A program made the position numbers and the translations under genes. Below the pieces are notes generated by a model that had not been told where the DNA came from, made no database searches, and saw only the letters and a list, made by a program, of their open reading frames with translations. Source: Ktedonobacteraceae bacterium (lineage in GTDB: Bacteria; Chloroflexota; Ktedonobacteria; Ktedonobacterales; Ktedonobacteraceae). Taken from it: DNA of 64,000 nucleotides. Location: positions 1,662 to 65,661 of the forward strand of contig JBHOQN010000026.1 of assembly GCA_042408965.1 (NCBI GenBank). Direction: 5' to 3'. Shown here piece after piece: positions 28,460 through 37,505 of the stretch (positions are counted from its first letter, which is position 1; each line of letters starts with the position of its first letter).

Positions 28460-29296
28460 TCAGAGATCGAGGCGGTAGAGACGGCGCGCTGTTTCGCGCC
28501 AGAGCTGGGCCCGTTCGTAAGCGCTCAGGCTGGCGGTCGCCATGTGCAGCAACCTGACCCCCTCGATGTAGGAGGCGCTCAGCGTGCTGACGGGCCAGTC
28601 GCTGGCAAAGAGGAGGCGGTCGGCGTCAAAAAGAGCCAGGGCTGCCTCCACATAGGTCTGCAGTGTCTCCGGGCGCAGCGGCGGAGGCTCGGCGAGCGAG
28701 ACATAGGCAGAGAACTTCATCACAACGTTGGGCTGCGCGGCCAGGGGCGCCAGGCGCTCCTGCCATGCCTGCACACCGTCGGGAACCAGCGGCAGTCCTG
28801 CCAGGTGATCGATGACAAACTGGGTCCGCTCTTGCGCGGCGATCAGTGCGATGGCTCGCTCCAGCGTCGCTCCATCGATGAGCAGGTCACAGGACAGGCC
28901 CTGGGCGGCCAGGATGTTCAACCCTGGGCGTAGCTGCTCCCAGTCCTGCTCTGGCGAGAGCGTGGGGCGTACTCCTTTGAAGAGGGGCTGCTCCTGCAGG
29001 CGAGCCAGGATCTCGTCTAGATCGGGGGCCCTCAGATCGACCCAGCCAACCACGCCTTTGATGTGCGGATAGCGTGCAGCCAGCGTCAGCAGCCAGGCGG
29101 TCTCGTCCAGCGAGCTGTCTGCCTGAATGAGGACGCTGTAGCGCACGCCCACCTCCTCCATCTGCGGCAGGACCTCTTCCGGCAGATAGTCGCGGTTAAG
29201 GACTGGCTCGTTAACCTGTCGATGCCACTGGTACTCAAAGCGTGCAAGCTGCCAGCAGTGCTGGTGAGCATCGACGGCTGTCTCTGGCTCGCCCAT
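28460..29296 (-). CDS. Amidohydrolase_2 family protein (L-fuconolactonase-like)
   Basis: DAHQHCW, GVVGWVDL, VIDHLAG, VMKFSA and LFASDWP motifs. Confidence 0.88.
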   Translation of the reverse strand: MGEPETAVDAHQHCWQLARFEYQWHRQVNEPVLNRDYLPEEVLPQMEEVGVRYSVLIQADSSLDETAWLLTLAARYPHIKGVVGWVDLRAPDLDEILARLQEQPLFKGVRPTLSPEQDWEQLRPGLNILAAQGLSCDLLIDGATLERAIALIAAQERTQFVIDHLAGLPLVPDGVQAWQERLAPLAAQPNVVMKFSAYVSLAEPPPLRPETLQTYVEAALALFDADRLLFASDWPVSTLSASYIEGVRLLHMATASLSAYERAQLWRETARRLYRLDL

Positions 29297-29337
29297 CACC
29301 TTCCTCCTTGCTCAGGTTCCTCCTGGCTACGGCGCCG

Positions 29338-29733
29338 TCAATGTCCGTGATGTCCACTGTCAACGCTGGTATGCGAGATATGGGAGGGATGCGAGGACGG
29401 CGCATGATGGCTGATGCTAGAATGCTGCTGGTGGTGCGTGTGAGACGGACCGGAGCTATGGCCTGCTTTGCGCCCTTCTATGGCGTGCTCTGGCGTCGGA
29501 GCATGACGGTGGTGGCTGTGATGCTGGCCGGCCGTTCGTACAGAACCTCTTGCATCGTCTGTCGAGTCGCCAGCCATGTCTGCCAGGGCCTCACCGCTCA
29601 GCTCACCTCCGCTGCGGCTGTGTCGCGGTCGCTGTGGGCCTTTGCTGGCCCTCCGATTGCTCAGGCCAACGATGAGGCTGATCAGCAGGATGAGCAGGAG
29701 AAGAAAGGCGAATCCTCCGATGAGAAAAAGCAT
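29338..29733 (-). CDS. Small single-TM protein with His/Ser-rich C-terminal tail
   Basis: GGAGG RBS; N-terminal TM; tail with many His residues (...SHTHHQQHSSISHHAPSSHPSHISH...GHHGH). Confidence 0.6.
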   Translation of the reverse strand: MLFLIGGFAFLLLLILLISLIVGLSNRRASKGPQRPRHSRSGGELSGEALADMAGDSTDDARGSVRTAGQHHSHHRHAPTPEHAIEGRKAGHSSGPSHTHHQQHSSISHHAPSSHPSHISHTSVDSGHHGH

Positions 29734-30281
29734 GGGCGCGGCACCTCCTCTCTGGGAAAGATAGGGTTATAGACGCATCTGGTAGTCTACCACACTCAGC
29801 GTGAAAGTGTAAATAGTGGAAGACGTAGTCTCAGAGAGGGCAGAAGCCGAGGGTGCCGAGCCTGCGGCCCTGCTGGAGCAGGTGATCATCGGTTCCGCGC
29901 TCGGGAAGAGCGCCGGGGCCACGCCGTCTCCCCTGCCGGGCGCCACCTTCCCCAGGGATGGCCCGACTCTTCCTCGCCGGGTGGCGCACACCTGGCCGGG
30001 CGTCACCCTCCCGAGCGGGCCCCTCCTGCGGCGACCCTGCCGCGAGGCTCGACAGGTGCCAGAAGCAACGCCAGGGTCCTGCTGGCCGGCCGCCGCGCTA
30101 CCTGGAAGACCTGGAGGCGCTCACGGGAGTCTGCCAGTTCGGGGTCGCTTGGACACCCTTGACCGCACGTGCTCCCGATGCTATCGTCAAGGGGGCTCTT
30201 ATCAGCATGCAGCGCACGCCTGATTGGGGATGGAAACGTCATTACAAGCGTGCTGGACAGAAACTACAAGAGGTACAAAAC

Positions 30282-31391
30282 ATGTATGATATTCGGATCG
30301 AGCGCTGGGCACGGACGATCGTCGCCTACTGTCTGCAGGTGAATGCTGGGCAGACCGTGGCGCTGCAGGCGTCGCCGCTGGCCCAGCCGCTGATTGAGGC
30401 GGTCTATCATGAGCTTCTGACCGTGGGGGCCTATCCGCTGCCGTTGATCTCTCTCGATAGCCTCGATGAGATGCTTTTGCGAGAGGGCAGCGCTGACCAG
30501 TTGCGCCATGTGCCCTTGCTGCTGGAGGGCTTTGCGGATCGCGTCGATGCACGTCTGGCCATCGGCGCGGCGGCCAATACCCGTGCCCTGAGCAGCATCG
30601 ATCCTGAACGCCTGGCGCTTCGCCACGAGGCCCAGGGCCGGCTGAGGCAGCGCCTGCAGTCGCGAGAACCAGAGAAGGCGGACCAGCATCGCTGGTGTCT
30701 GACGCTCTATCCGACCCAGGGCTATGCCCAGGATGCTGGCATGTCGCTGCACGAATTTGAGGAGTTTGTCTTTGAGGCCTGTTTCCTCAACGATGCTGAT
30801 CCGGCGGCTCGCTGGCAGGAGCTCTCGGGACAGCAGCAGCGCCTGGTGGACTGGCTGAACGGGCGTCGCAGCGTGCACGTGCGCGCAGAGGGAACCGACC
30901 TCAGGCTCTCGATTGAGGGACGGCGCTTTATCAACAGCGATGGCCGTCGTAACTTTCCCAGTGGAGAGGTCTTTACCAGTCCTGTGGAGGAGAGCCTCGA
31001 GGGAGAGATCACCTTTGATGTGCCCTCCTCAGTGGGCGGGCGTGCCGTTGAGGGGGTGCATCTGGTCTTTGAGCGTGGCAGAGTGGTGGAGGCCAGCGCA
31101 CAGCAGGGAGGCGACTATCTGGAGCGCATGCTCCATCTCGACGAGCGGGCCTGCTACGCTGGTGAGTTCGCCTTTGGCAATAACTGGCGGATTCAGCGGC
31201 CCACGCGCCATATTCTCTTTGATGAGAAGATTGGTGGTACGATCCACCTGGCCCTCGGCGCCAGCTATCCCGAAGCCGGGGGCCTCAATCGCTCGGCGCT
31301 GCACTGGGATCTGATCTGCGATCTGCGCAAGGGTGGCGAGGTGCTGGTTGACGACGTGCTCTTCCTGAAGGATGGGAAGATCCTGGTCTGA
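30282..31391 (+). CDS. Aminopeptidase, peptidase M29 (AmpT/PepS family)
   Basis: NFPSGEVFTSP, GEFAFGNN, LFDEKIGGTIHLALG and SALHWDLI motifs; start MYDIR after AGAGG; TTGACC-17-TATCGT promoter at 30159-30187. Confidence 0.92.
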   Translation: MYDIRIERWARTIVAYCLQVNAGQTVALQASPLAQPLIEAVYHELLTVGAYPLPLISLDSLDEMLLREGSADQLRHVPLLLEGFADRVDARLAIGAAANTRALSSIDPERLALRHEAQGRLRQRLQSREPEKADQHRWCLTLYPTQGYAQDAGMSLHEFEEFVFEACFLNDADPAARWQELSGQQQRLVDWLNGRRSVHVRAEGTDLRLSIEGRRFINSDGRRNFPSGEVFTSPVEESLEGEITFDVPSSVGGRAVEGVHLVFERGRVVEASAQQGGDYLERMLHLDERACYAGEFAFGNNWRIQRPTRHILFDEKIGGTIHLALGASYPEAGGLNRSALHWDLICDLRKGGEVLVDDVLFLKDGKILV

Positions 31392-31420
31392 GAGGCCGCC
31401 TCGCTGGCTGGAGGCGAGCT

Positions 31421-31467
31421 AGGAAGGTCCCGCCGTTACTTACGCACGGGCTAGCCGGGACCTTCCT
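31421..31467. terminator. Bidirectional terminator between convergent genes
   Basis: AGGAAGGTCCCG / CGGGACCTTCCT, 12-bp perfect inverted repeat. Confidence 0.7.
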
Positions 31468-31487
31468 GACGCTCTTGCTGAGTTCGC

Positions 31488-32444
31488 TCAGGCTGACTTC
31501 AAATACGGGGAGAGTTTGAGGATCTGTCGGCGCACCACAGGACGCAGCAGCGGCATCAGCGTACGGATCGGGGCTGGCGGACCAGCGTACTGCGCCACGT
31601 CGCGAATGATCTCTTCAAAAGAGTGGCGCTGATACTGCAGCAGGCGCTGACTCTCTTCGGTGTCCAGCCAGTCGGTGCAATAGGGATCGTGCCCGAAGGC
31701 CTGCTCTGGTAGATGGCCCACGCCCATCACCTCCAGCATGCGCTCGAGGTAGTCGCGGTAGCGCACCTGGCACGAGGGACCACCGCCGATCAGCCAGATT
31801 CTGCCCCAGATCTCCTCGCGGACGATGCCGTTGGCCACGGCCAGCCCGGCATCATAGGTGTGCAACATCTCCAGGCGGGTATCGAGCGGGATACGGTACA
31901 TGATAGGATGGATCGGGCGCGGCCCCAGGGGAGGCACGTCGGCGAAGCGAAAGATCGACCAGGTCAGGCCGGAACGCCTCAGGAGCTCCTCGCCTTCCAG
32001 CTTGTGGCGGCTGTAATCGTCGGTGGCCTGGACAGGATCAGTGACCTTGCGCGGTGGTGGCTGATCCTGCGTATGCCCAAAGACATCCAGGCTGGAGCTA
32101 AAGAGAAAGCGTGGCGGCTGTGGCTGCTGGCGCGCGAGGTCGATGATCGTGCGTGTGCCGAGCAAGTTGACCTCGTAGGCGAGCTGCGGATGGTCGTCGG
32201 ACTCCGGCGGAAGGATCGCTGCCAGGTGTACCACGACCTCCTGGTCCTGGAGGGCAGCAGCGACTGTCTCCGCCTGACGTATATCACCCCAGTGGATCTC
32301 GACCTGGCCAGCGACCTGCCGCGCCTTCTTCTCGTTTCGCGGATTTTTGATGTCGAAACAGCGTACGCGATGTCCCTGGCGAATGAGTTCCTGAACGGCG
32401 CTGAAACCGATATTGCCGAACGCACCGGTCAGTACAACCCTCAT
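31488..32444 (-). CDS. NAD-dependent epimerase/dehydratase (extended SDR)
   Basis: TGAFGNIG, VHLAA, N..GT, SSS and YSRHK motifs. Confidence 0.9.
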   Translation of the reverse strand: MRVVLTGAFGNIGFSAVQELIRQGHRVRCFDIKNPRNEKKARQVAGQVEIHWGDIRQAETVAAALQDQEVVVHLAAILPPESDDHPQLAYEVNLLGTRTIIDLARQQPQPPRFLFSSSLDVFGHTQDQPPPRKVTDPVQATDDYSRHKLEGEELLRRSGLTWSIFRFADVPPLGPRPIHPIMYRIPLDTRLEMLHTYDAGLAVANGIVREEIWGRIWLIGGGPSCQVRYRDYLERMLEVMGVGHLPEQAFGHDPYCTDWLDTEESQRLLQYQRHSFEEIIRDVAQYAGPPAPIRTLMPLLRPVVRRQILKLSPYLKSA

Positions 32445-32510
32445 ACATGACTCCTTCTCAAATGAGCTTGCGCGTAGGTGTGAAAGCCTCTCGCTGCATG
32501 GATCTTTGTA

Positions 32511-33533
32511 TTACTGCAGGGGAGAGGAACGGCCCGCTCGACTTGCCCGCTCGCTGAGATGCTGGATTTCGGGGAGCAGAGGATCAAGCGGAGTTCCTGT
32601 CGCCTGGGTAAACACGACGGGGGTCTGCTGAAGACGGGCACGCTGTAACTGCCGTCCGACGTAGTTCACGGCCATCTGCGTGCGTTCCAGCAGTTCTGCC
32701 TTCCATTTCCATTCCTGGGCGTGGTTGAGCAGGTTGTTGAGGGGAACGGCGATCTGCCAGAGGACCCCCTCCTGTCCTGGGGGTACACGCGCCTCCAGGT
32801 TCCCATTGGCCACAGCGGCGTGTACCTGGGCGATGACGGTGATGCCCTCTTCGAGCTGGCGCTGCTCCTGAGCGCGCTGACGCTGGAACTCGGCGATCTC
32901 TTTCTGTAATGCGATGATTTCTTCTGCGCGATCTGCTCGGCGAATGGTGGCGATAAGATAGCGCATGATAACGTAGGTGATAATGCCTACAATCAGTTGG
33001 AGCGCGATCGGCAGCGCGACCATGATCGAGCCGTAGCCCAGGCTGATCCAGCGATCATACTCGGCCGTGTGATGCTGGAAGAGGGTTAAGAGAACAATAA
33101 CCAGACAATTGAAGAAGCTCGTCACCAGGGAGGCGACGGGCGGCATCAGTGCGCCGGAGAGCACTACGGGAATAACGAGCGCGCTGAAGATTCCGATGTA
33201 GACGGGGTCGAGCGGATTGGTAATCAGGTTCCCGACTGAGTTGATGACCGCGTTCATAACCAGCAGGGCGGCGGCGGTAATATTCAACCCCCAGCGATTC
33301 ATGAGGGGGGAAGCCAGGGCGCAGAGAAACGCTGTGCCCTCGATCCAGGGCGCGATCCGGTTGATCGAGGTCAGCGCGCCATAAACGAACGCCAGCAGAC
33401 TCAGGGGGACTATGACCAGAGCGAACATGCTGGTGAGACGCGCATAGCGCGCACGTTCGCGCTCAGCCGGCGTTGTTTCTGGCAGATGCCTGGGGAGGGT
33501 CAGGCCGTACCACCAGGCAAGCAGGGATTTCAT
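32511..33533 (-). CDS. Multi-TM membrane protein with cytoplasmic coiled coil and HAMP-like segment, no output domain
   Basis: 6-7 TM segments, then RRADRAEEIIALQ...AVANGNLEARVP...IAVPLNNLL. Confidence 0.7.
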   Translation of the reverse strand: MKSLLAWWYGLTLPRHLPETTPAERERARYARLTSMFALVIVPLSLLAFVYGALTSINRIAPWIEGTAFLCALASPLMNRWGLNITAAALLVMNAVINSVGNLITNPLDPVYIGIFSALVIPVVLSGALMPPVASLVTSFFNCLVIVLLTLFQHHTAEYDRWISLGYGSIMVALPIALQLIVGIITYVIMRYLIATIRRADRAEEIIALQKEIAEFQRQRAQEQRQLEEGITVIAQVHAAVANGNLEARVPPGQEGVLWQIAVPLNNLLNHAQEWKWKAELLERTQMAVNYVGRQLQRARLQQTPVVFTQATGTPLDPLLPEIQHLSERASRAGRSSPLQ

Positions 33534-33557
33534 AGGGTCCTCCGTCTTCGCTGAGAT

Positions 33558-34082
33558 TTAACTAATCACACCAAGGGTGCGCAGAGTGGTCAGGGCCTCC
33601 TCGACGACAGCCGGCGACAGGTTGAGCTGTGCTTTGATCTGCTCGACTGTGCGCTCTCCATTGACCATCGTAAAGACCAGACGCAAGACCAGGCGCTGTT
33701 TCATGGTGAAGCTGTTGAGCAGATGGGCGTCCAGAGGCCTGAGCTGTCTTGGAGCCTGAGAAAAGGCTGGTGGAGCAGGACTACTGGCCTCTGGAAGCGA
33801 GGGCTGTATCAGCGAGTGCAGGACGTGCTCGACGTCGGGCTGGATACGTACCTGCCATTGGTCTCTGGCGCGCAATGTGGCATACGCATCGGCTCCGCTG
33901 GCGAGGATCATCCCGCTCGGAGTCTGAATCAGGCATTCGAGCACGGTGCCCTCCTTGAGGAAGATCACGCCCCGGCAGGGTTCACGCAGGGCAGGCACGT
34001 TCACTGATGTCGAGAGAATCGCGGATTGCCCTTGCAGATAGTCCAGAAGTGTTTGCAGATCAAGATAATATACCTTATCCAT
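33558..34082 (-). CDS. Hypothetical protein: PATAN/DUF4388-like N-domain plus C-terminal winged HTH
   Basis: RGVIFLKEGTVLECLI; C-terminus VFTMVNGERTVEQIKAQLNLSPAVVEEALTTLRTLGVI. Confidence 0.65.
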   Translation of the reverse strand: MDKVYYLDLQTLLDYLQGQSAILSTSVNVPALREPCRGVIFLKEGTVLECLIQTPSGMILASGADAYATLRARDQWQVRIQPDVEHVLHSLIQPSLPEASSPAPPAFSQAPRQLRPLDAHLLNSFTMKQRLVLRLVFTMVNGERTVEQIKAQLNLSPAVVEEALTTLRTLGVIS

Positions 34083-34814
34083 GAGAGTATATCGTCCTGC
34101 TCGTTTTAGTAGGAAGACAGCGCTGTCTGGCTCCTTACTTTCGATGATTCTGGGTAGGTCTGGCTGGTGTATTCCAGTATGCATTCAGGCCTTCTGGTAG
34201 TCCGTCGGTGGGGGGTCTTCTGAGCAGGGCGTTTCCCCCGGTAGTCACTGCTCCCCCCGCGATTCCGTGACAACTATTCTATCATGAAGATCAATGAAAA
34301 GTACATAGAAAACGTGTAAAGATAGCTCACTGGTAATGGGTTCCGGCACTCAGCCGTTCAGAACGCTGCCGAGCTGTCTCTGCATTCGTTACGTAGTAAT
34401 CGCTTTGGGCCATCTTTTAAGAGAAGGAATGTATTTCTTGCGATGAGGCTCACTGAAGGTTCTCCGCTGCCGTTGGGCCAGGTGCGGAATCGCCGCTTGT
34501 AAGGCTTGCTTTTCCTTGAGAGCAACTATAATGGCTATATTGTATTACCATCTGCGGGGGAATCTGCAAGGACCTGCTGGCTCGACGCGATAGCGACGTC
34601 CTGGCAGTGCAGTGCTGCTCTCATTTCTGCTGTACGGCCTGTTCCCCTCCAGTCTCGAGGGGCGCTCCTTCGAGCGCAGGAGAGACAGCGCATCGCTCTG
34701 GCTGATTGCTTCCTGGAGACCAGACTGCTGGCCGGTCTGGCTGGTAGGCGACCGATGCTGATGCGGCCCTGTCCTTCCAGATACTCTCTGGCAAAACCTG
34801 TGTGTGCACTTTAA

Positions 34815-36005
34815 CAATCGTGCCGGAAGTCCCCTAGTTGTAGCTATGGGGATGGATAGGCACGATTTTTTAAACAGCGATTGCACACTGGATAAAAATA
34901 TGCGATACTCTCTTGTGTGAGAAAGACATACCAGTATCGGATGTATCCGACGAAGCAACAACTGAAGATGCTTGAAACCACGCTTGAGGAATGCCGTTGG
35001 TTGTATAACAACACGCTGGCATACCGCAAAGAGGCATGGGAGCGGAAGCGACGTTCGGTTTCTCGCTACGATGCACAAGCACGTATTCCTCTGCTGAAAG
35101 TGGAACGCCCTTCTCTTAAAACGGTTTATTCACAAGTCTTGCAAAACGTCAACGAGCGTGTAGAGCTTGCTTTTCAAGGGTTCTTTAGACGGGTCAAGCA
35201 GGGCGAAAACCCTGGGTATCCTCGTTTCAAAGGCCAGGGCCGCTACGATAGTTTCACCTATACGCAATCGGGGTTTTTCTTGACGCATAATCACCGCGTG
35301 TGCCTCTCCAAGATCGGGAGTATCAGGCTCGTGTATCACAGACCAATTCAGGGCAAGATCAACACGCTCACGATCCATCGTTCCTCTACTGGCAAGTGGT
35401 ACGCATCTTTCTCTGTCGAATACGATCCCGAACGCTTGCCGGACAATCCCTCTCGGGTCGGCATGGACGTGGGGCTCAACACCTTTGCGACACTGTCCGA
35501 TGGAACGAACATTGAGCACCCTCGTTTCTTCAGGAAAGAAGAAAAAGCACTGGCCAGGGTTCAACGCACGCAGTCCAAACGTGCGAAAGGGTCTCCTGAA
35601 CGGCGCAAGCATCGCAAAGCGGTCGCCCGTGTGCATGAACGCATCCAGTTCAGGCGTTCCAATTTCACCCATCAGAACAGCCATCGCATCGTTGCTCAAC
35701 ACGGCGCCATCTGCGTGGAAGACGTGCACGTCAATCGCATGATGCATAACCATTGTCTGGCAAAGAGTCTTGCTGATGCAGCATGGAGTCAATTCTTTAA
35801 GCAACTGGCGCACAAAGCGGAAGAGGCTGGTCGCCAGTTGCTCACAGTCAACCCTGCATACACCAGCCAGACCTGTAATCAGTGTGGGCATCGGCAAAAG
35901 ATGCCTCTTGCTGAAAGGGTATTCGCTTGTCCATGCTGTGGGTTGCATATGGACCGTGACCTCAACGCTGCTAAAAACATCCTTGGATTGGGACTACAAT
36001 CCTTG
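34815..36005 (+). mobile_element. IS200/IS605-family, tnpB-only (IS1341-type) element; left end present, right end missing
   Basis: Subterminal hairpin TCCCCTAGTTGTAGCTATGGGGA (34830-34852) preceded by TTTAA (34810-34814); internal promoter TTGCAC-17-GATACT; lower GC than the host; no tnpA. Confidence 0.75.
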
Positions 36006-36020
36006 GGAATAAATAGCTAA
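34917..36020 (+). CDS. tnpB: TnpB RNA-guided endonuclease (IS200/605 type)
   Basis: RKTYQYRMYPT N-terminus; RuvC motifs GMDVG, VED and DRDLNAA; Zn finger CNQC...CPCC; stop codon lies inside the next element. Confidence 0.93.
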   Translation: MRKTYQYRMYPTKQQLKMLETTLEECRWLYNNTLAYRKEAWERKRRSVSRYDAQARIPLLKVERPSLKTVYSQVLQNVNERVELAFQGFFRRVKQGENPGYPRFKGQGRYDSFTYTQSGFFLTHNHRVCLSKIGSIRLVYHRPIQGKINTLTIHRSSTGKWYASFSVEYDPERLPDNPSRVGMDVGLNTFATLSDGTNIEHPRFFRKEEKALARVQRTQSKRAKGSPERRKHRKAVARVHERIQFRRSNFTHQNSHRIVAQHGAICVEDVHVNRMMHNHCLAKSLADAAWSQFFKQLAHKAEEAGRQLLTVNPAYTSQTCNQCGHRQKMPLAERVFACPCCGLHMDRDLNAAKNILGLGLQSLGINS

Positions 36021-36066
36021 ACAAAGTGTTGACATCTATGGGCGTTTGTGCTATTTTAGCACCTCA

Positions 36067-36192
36067 ATGGCAAGTCGCATCTCTGGGCGCAGGCCTTCAA
36101 AGAGACGCGCCGAACAGATCAAACAGTATGTTGAGCGCGTGATGAAGGAAGGCGGATGGCACTCGTTGTACGTGGCTACAAACCTGAGCTAG
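36067..36192 (+). pseudogene. tnpA: C-terminal remnant of IS607 serine recombinase TnpA (MASRISGRRPSKRRAEQIKQYVERVMKEG...)
   Basis: Resembles the IS607 TnpA C-terminal 'ARLYGRRSxKxxxxxxxxxxxx' helix; overlaps the tnpB start as in IS607; catalytic and HTH domains absent. Confidence 0.6.
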
Positions 36193-37386
36193 ACCTGAAC
36201 AACCAGCAACGTACCGCTTGCTTGAAACATACGGGTTGTGCTCGCTTTGCCTACAATTGGGGGCTGGCGCGCGCTCAGGAGGTCTACTGTGCAAACGGGC
36301 AAGCGTCCCCATGCCATCCAGCTGCATCGGGAGCTCAATGCTCTGAAGAAGACCGACTTCCCCTGGATGTACGAGGTATCTAAGTGTGCGCCCCAGGAAG
36401 CCTTGCGTGATCTTGACCGTGCCTACGCCAACTGCTTCCGCCGCCTGGAACTGAGCAAGCAAGGCCGATGGAAAGGCCAGCTCGGTTTCCCGACATGCAA
36501 GAAGAAAAGCAAAGGCATCGGTTCCTTCCGCCTGACGGGAAGCATCCCTATCTTTGCCGAGAGCATCCAGTTGCCACGGTTGGGCCGTCTTCGCTTGCAT
36601 GAGCATGGCTACCTTCCTACGAATGCAAAGGTGCTTTCCGCAACCGTCTCAGAGGAGGCGGGACGCTGGTTGGTGAGTGTCCTGGTGGAGGAGGAGCAGG
36701 AAGCCCCGGCCCATCCAGCTCCGGCTGCTGTTGGCGTTGACCTTGGTATCAAAACGCTTGCCACGCTTTCCGATGGCACGACGTTTGAGAACCCACGTGC
36801 CTTGAAGCATGCTCAAAAAAGGTTGAGGCGCTTAGAGCGGCAAAAGTCCCGGCGTGTCAAAGGGAGCAAGAACCGCATGAAGACGGTGAGGAAGCTGGCA
36901 AAGCAACATGCGCGTGTTGCTCGCATCCGCAAAGACGATATCCACACGTTGACAAGCTATCTGTGCAACAACCACGCACTGGTAGCGATAGAGGACGTGC
37001 ACGTGTCCGGTCTGCTCAAGAACCACCGGCTTGCTCAGGCCATTGCCGATAGCAGCTTTGGGGAGATCAGGCGGCAACTCACCTCCAAGGCCCAACGCTA
37101 TGGGACACGCCTTGTGGTGATTGACCGTTTCTACCCCTCAAGCAAAACCTGCTCTGCTTGCGGATACGTCAAGCCTGCGTTGGGGCTGCATGAGCGGACG
37201 TTGGTGTGTGAGGCTTGCGGCATGGTGCTGGATCGTGACCACAATGCCGCCATCAACTTGCTGCGTGAAGCAGTAAGAACGACCGGCAGTTCGTCGGGAC
37301 GTGACGCCTGTGGACAGAGGAGCTCTGGCCGTCTCATGGGAGACGGTGAAACTGCTCTGGATGAAGCAGGAACCAACCATCGTTGA
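36156..37386 (+). pseudogene. tnpB: IS607-type TnpB with a +1 frameshift near 36293-36295
   Basis: N-terminus MALVVRGYKPELDLNNQQ...ARFAYNWGL is in one frame; the rest (GKRPHAIQLH..., GVDLG, IED, DRDHNAA, CSAC/CEAC) is in another; one extra A in GCA-A-ACG joins them. Confidence 0.8.
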
Positions 37387-37440
37387 GGCATGTCCTCACT
37401 GTCTAAGTGTTGGAGAACGGTCTACAACGAGGATCAGCAG
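37275..37440 (+). ncRNA. Putative omegaRNA/reRNA of the IS607 TnpB (scaffold overlaps tnpB 3' end; guide would be TCTACAACGAGGATCAGCAG)
   Basis: Stem CCGTCTC/GAGACGG (37329-37346) and flanking complementary segments; ends at the element right end; position is standard for TnpB omegaRNAs. 5' boundary is a guess. Confidence 0.55.
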
Positions 37441-37497
37441 TCGCAGGACGAGGTCGGGGCGCTCTTCTCCGATTTCCGCTATACGCCACTCTCATAG
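37420..37497 (+). pseudogene. Orphan 3' tail of a host gene (VYNEDQQSQDEVGALFSDFRYTPLS*)
   Basis: Host-like GC3-rich codons starting exactly at the IS607 GG, TAG stop, then a terminator hairpin; no matching 5' part seen upstream. Confidence 0.5.
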
Positions 37498-37505
37498 AGA
37501 TGGCT

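Larger units (their letters stand above)
36006..37420 (+). mobile_element. Non-autonomous IS607-family element (tnpA stub plus tnpB)
   Basis: GG at the left junction (CCTTGG|G); promoter TTGACA-17-TATTTT (36029-36057); tnpA C-terminal remnant; right end ...TGTTGGAGAACGG ending in GG. Left boundary approximate. Confidence 0.75.

Noticed and set aside
29958-30281. 108-aa N-terminal extension of the aminopeptidase given by the ORF track
   Set aside because: A promoter and RBS lie inside it, and the family N-terminus begins at MYDIR (30282)
34506-34814. 102-aa ORF ending at the IS target TTAA, as the possible 5' half of the gene whose tail follows the IS607
   Set aside because: No RBS, atypical composition, and it ends in its own stop; no frame joins it to the tail
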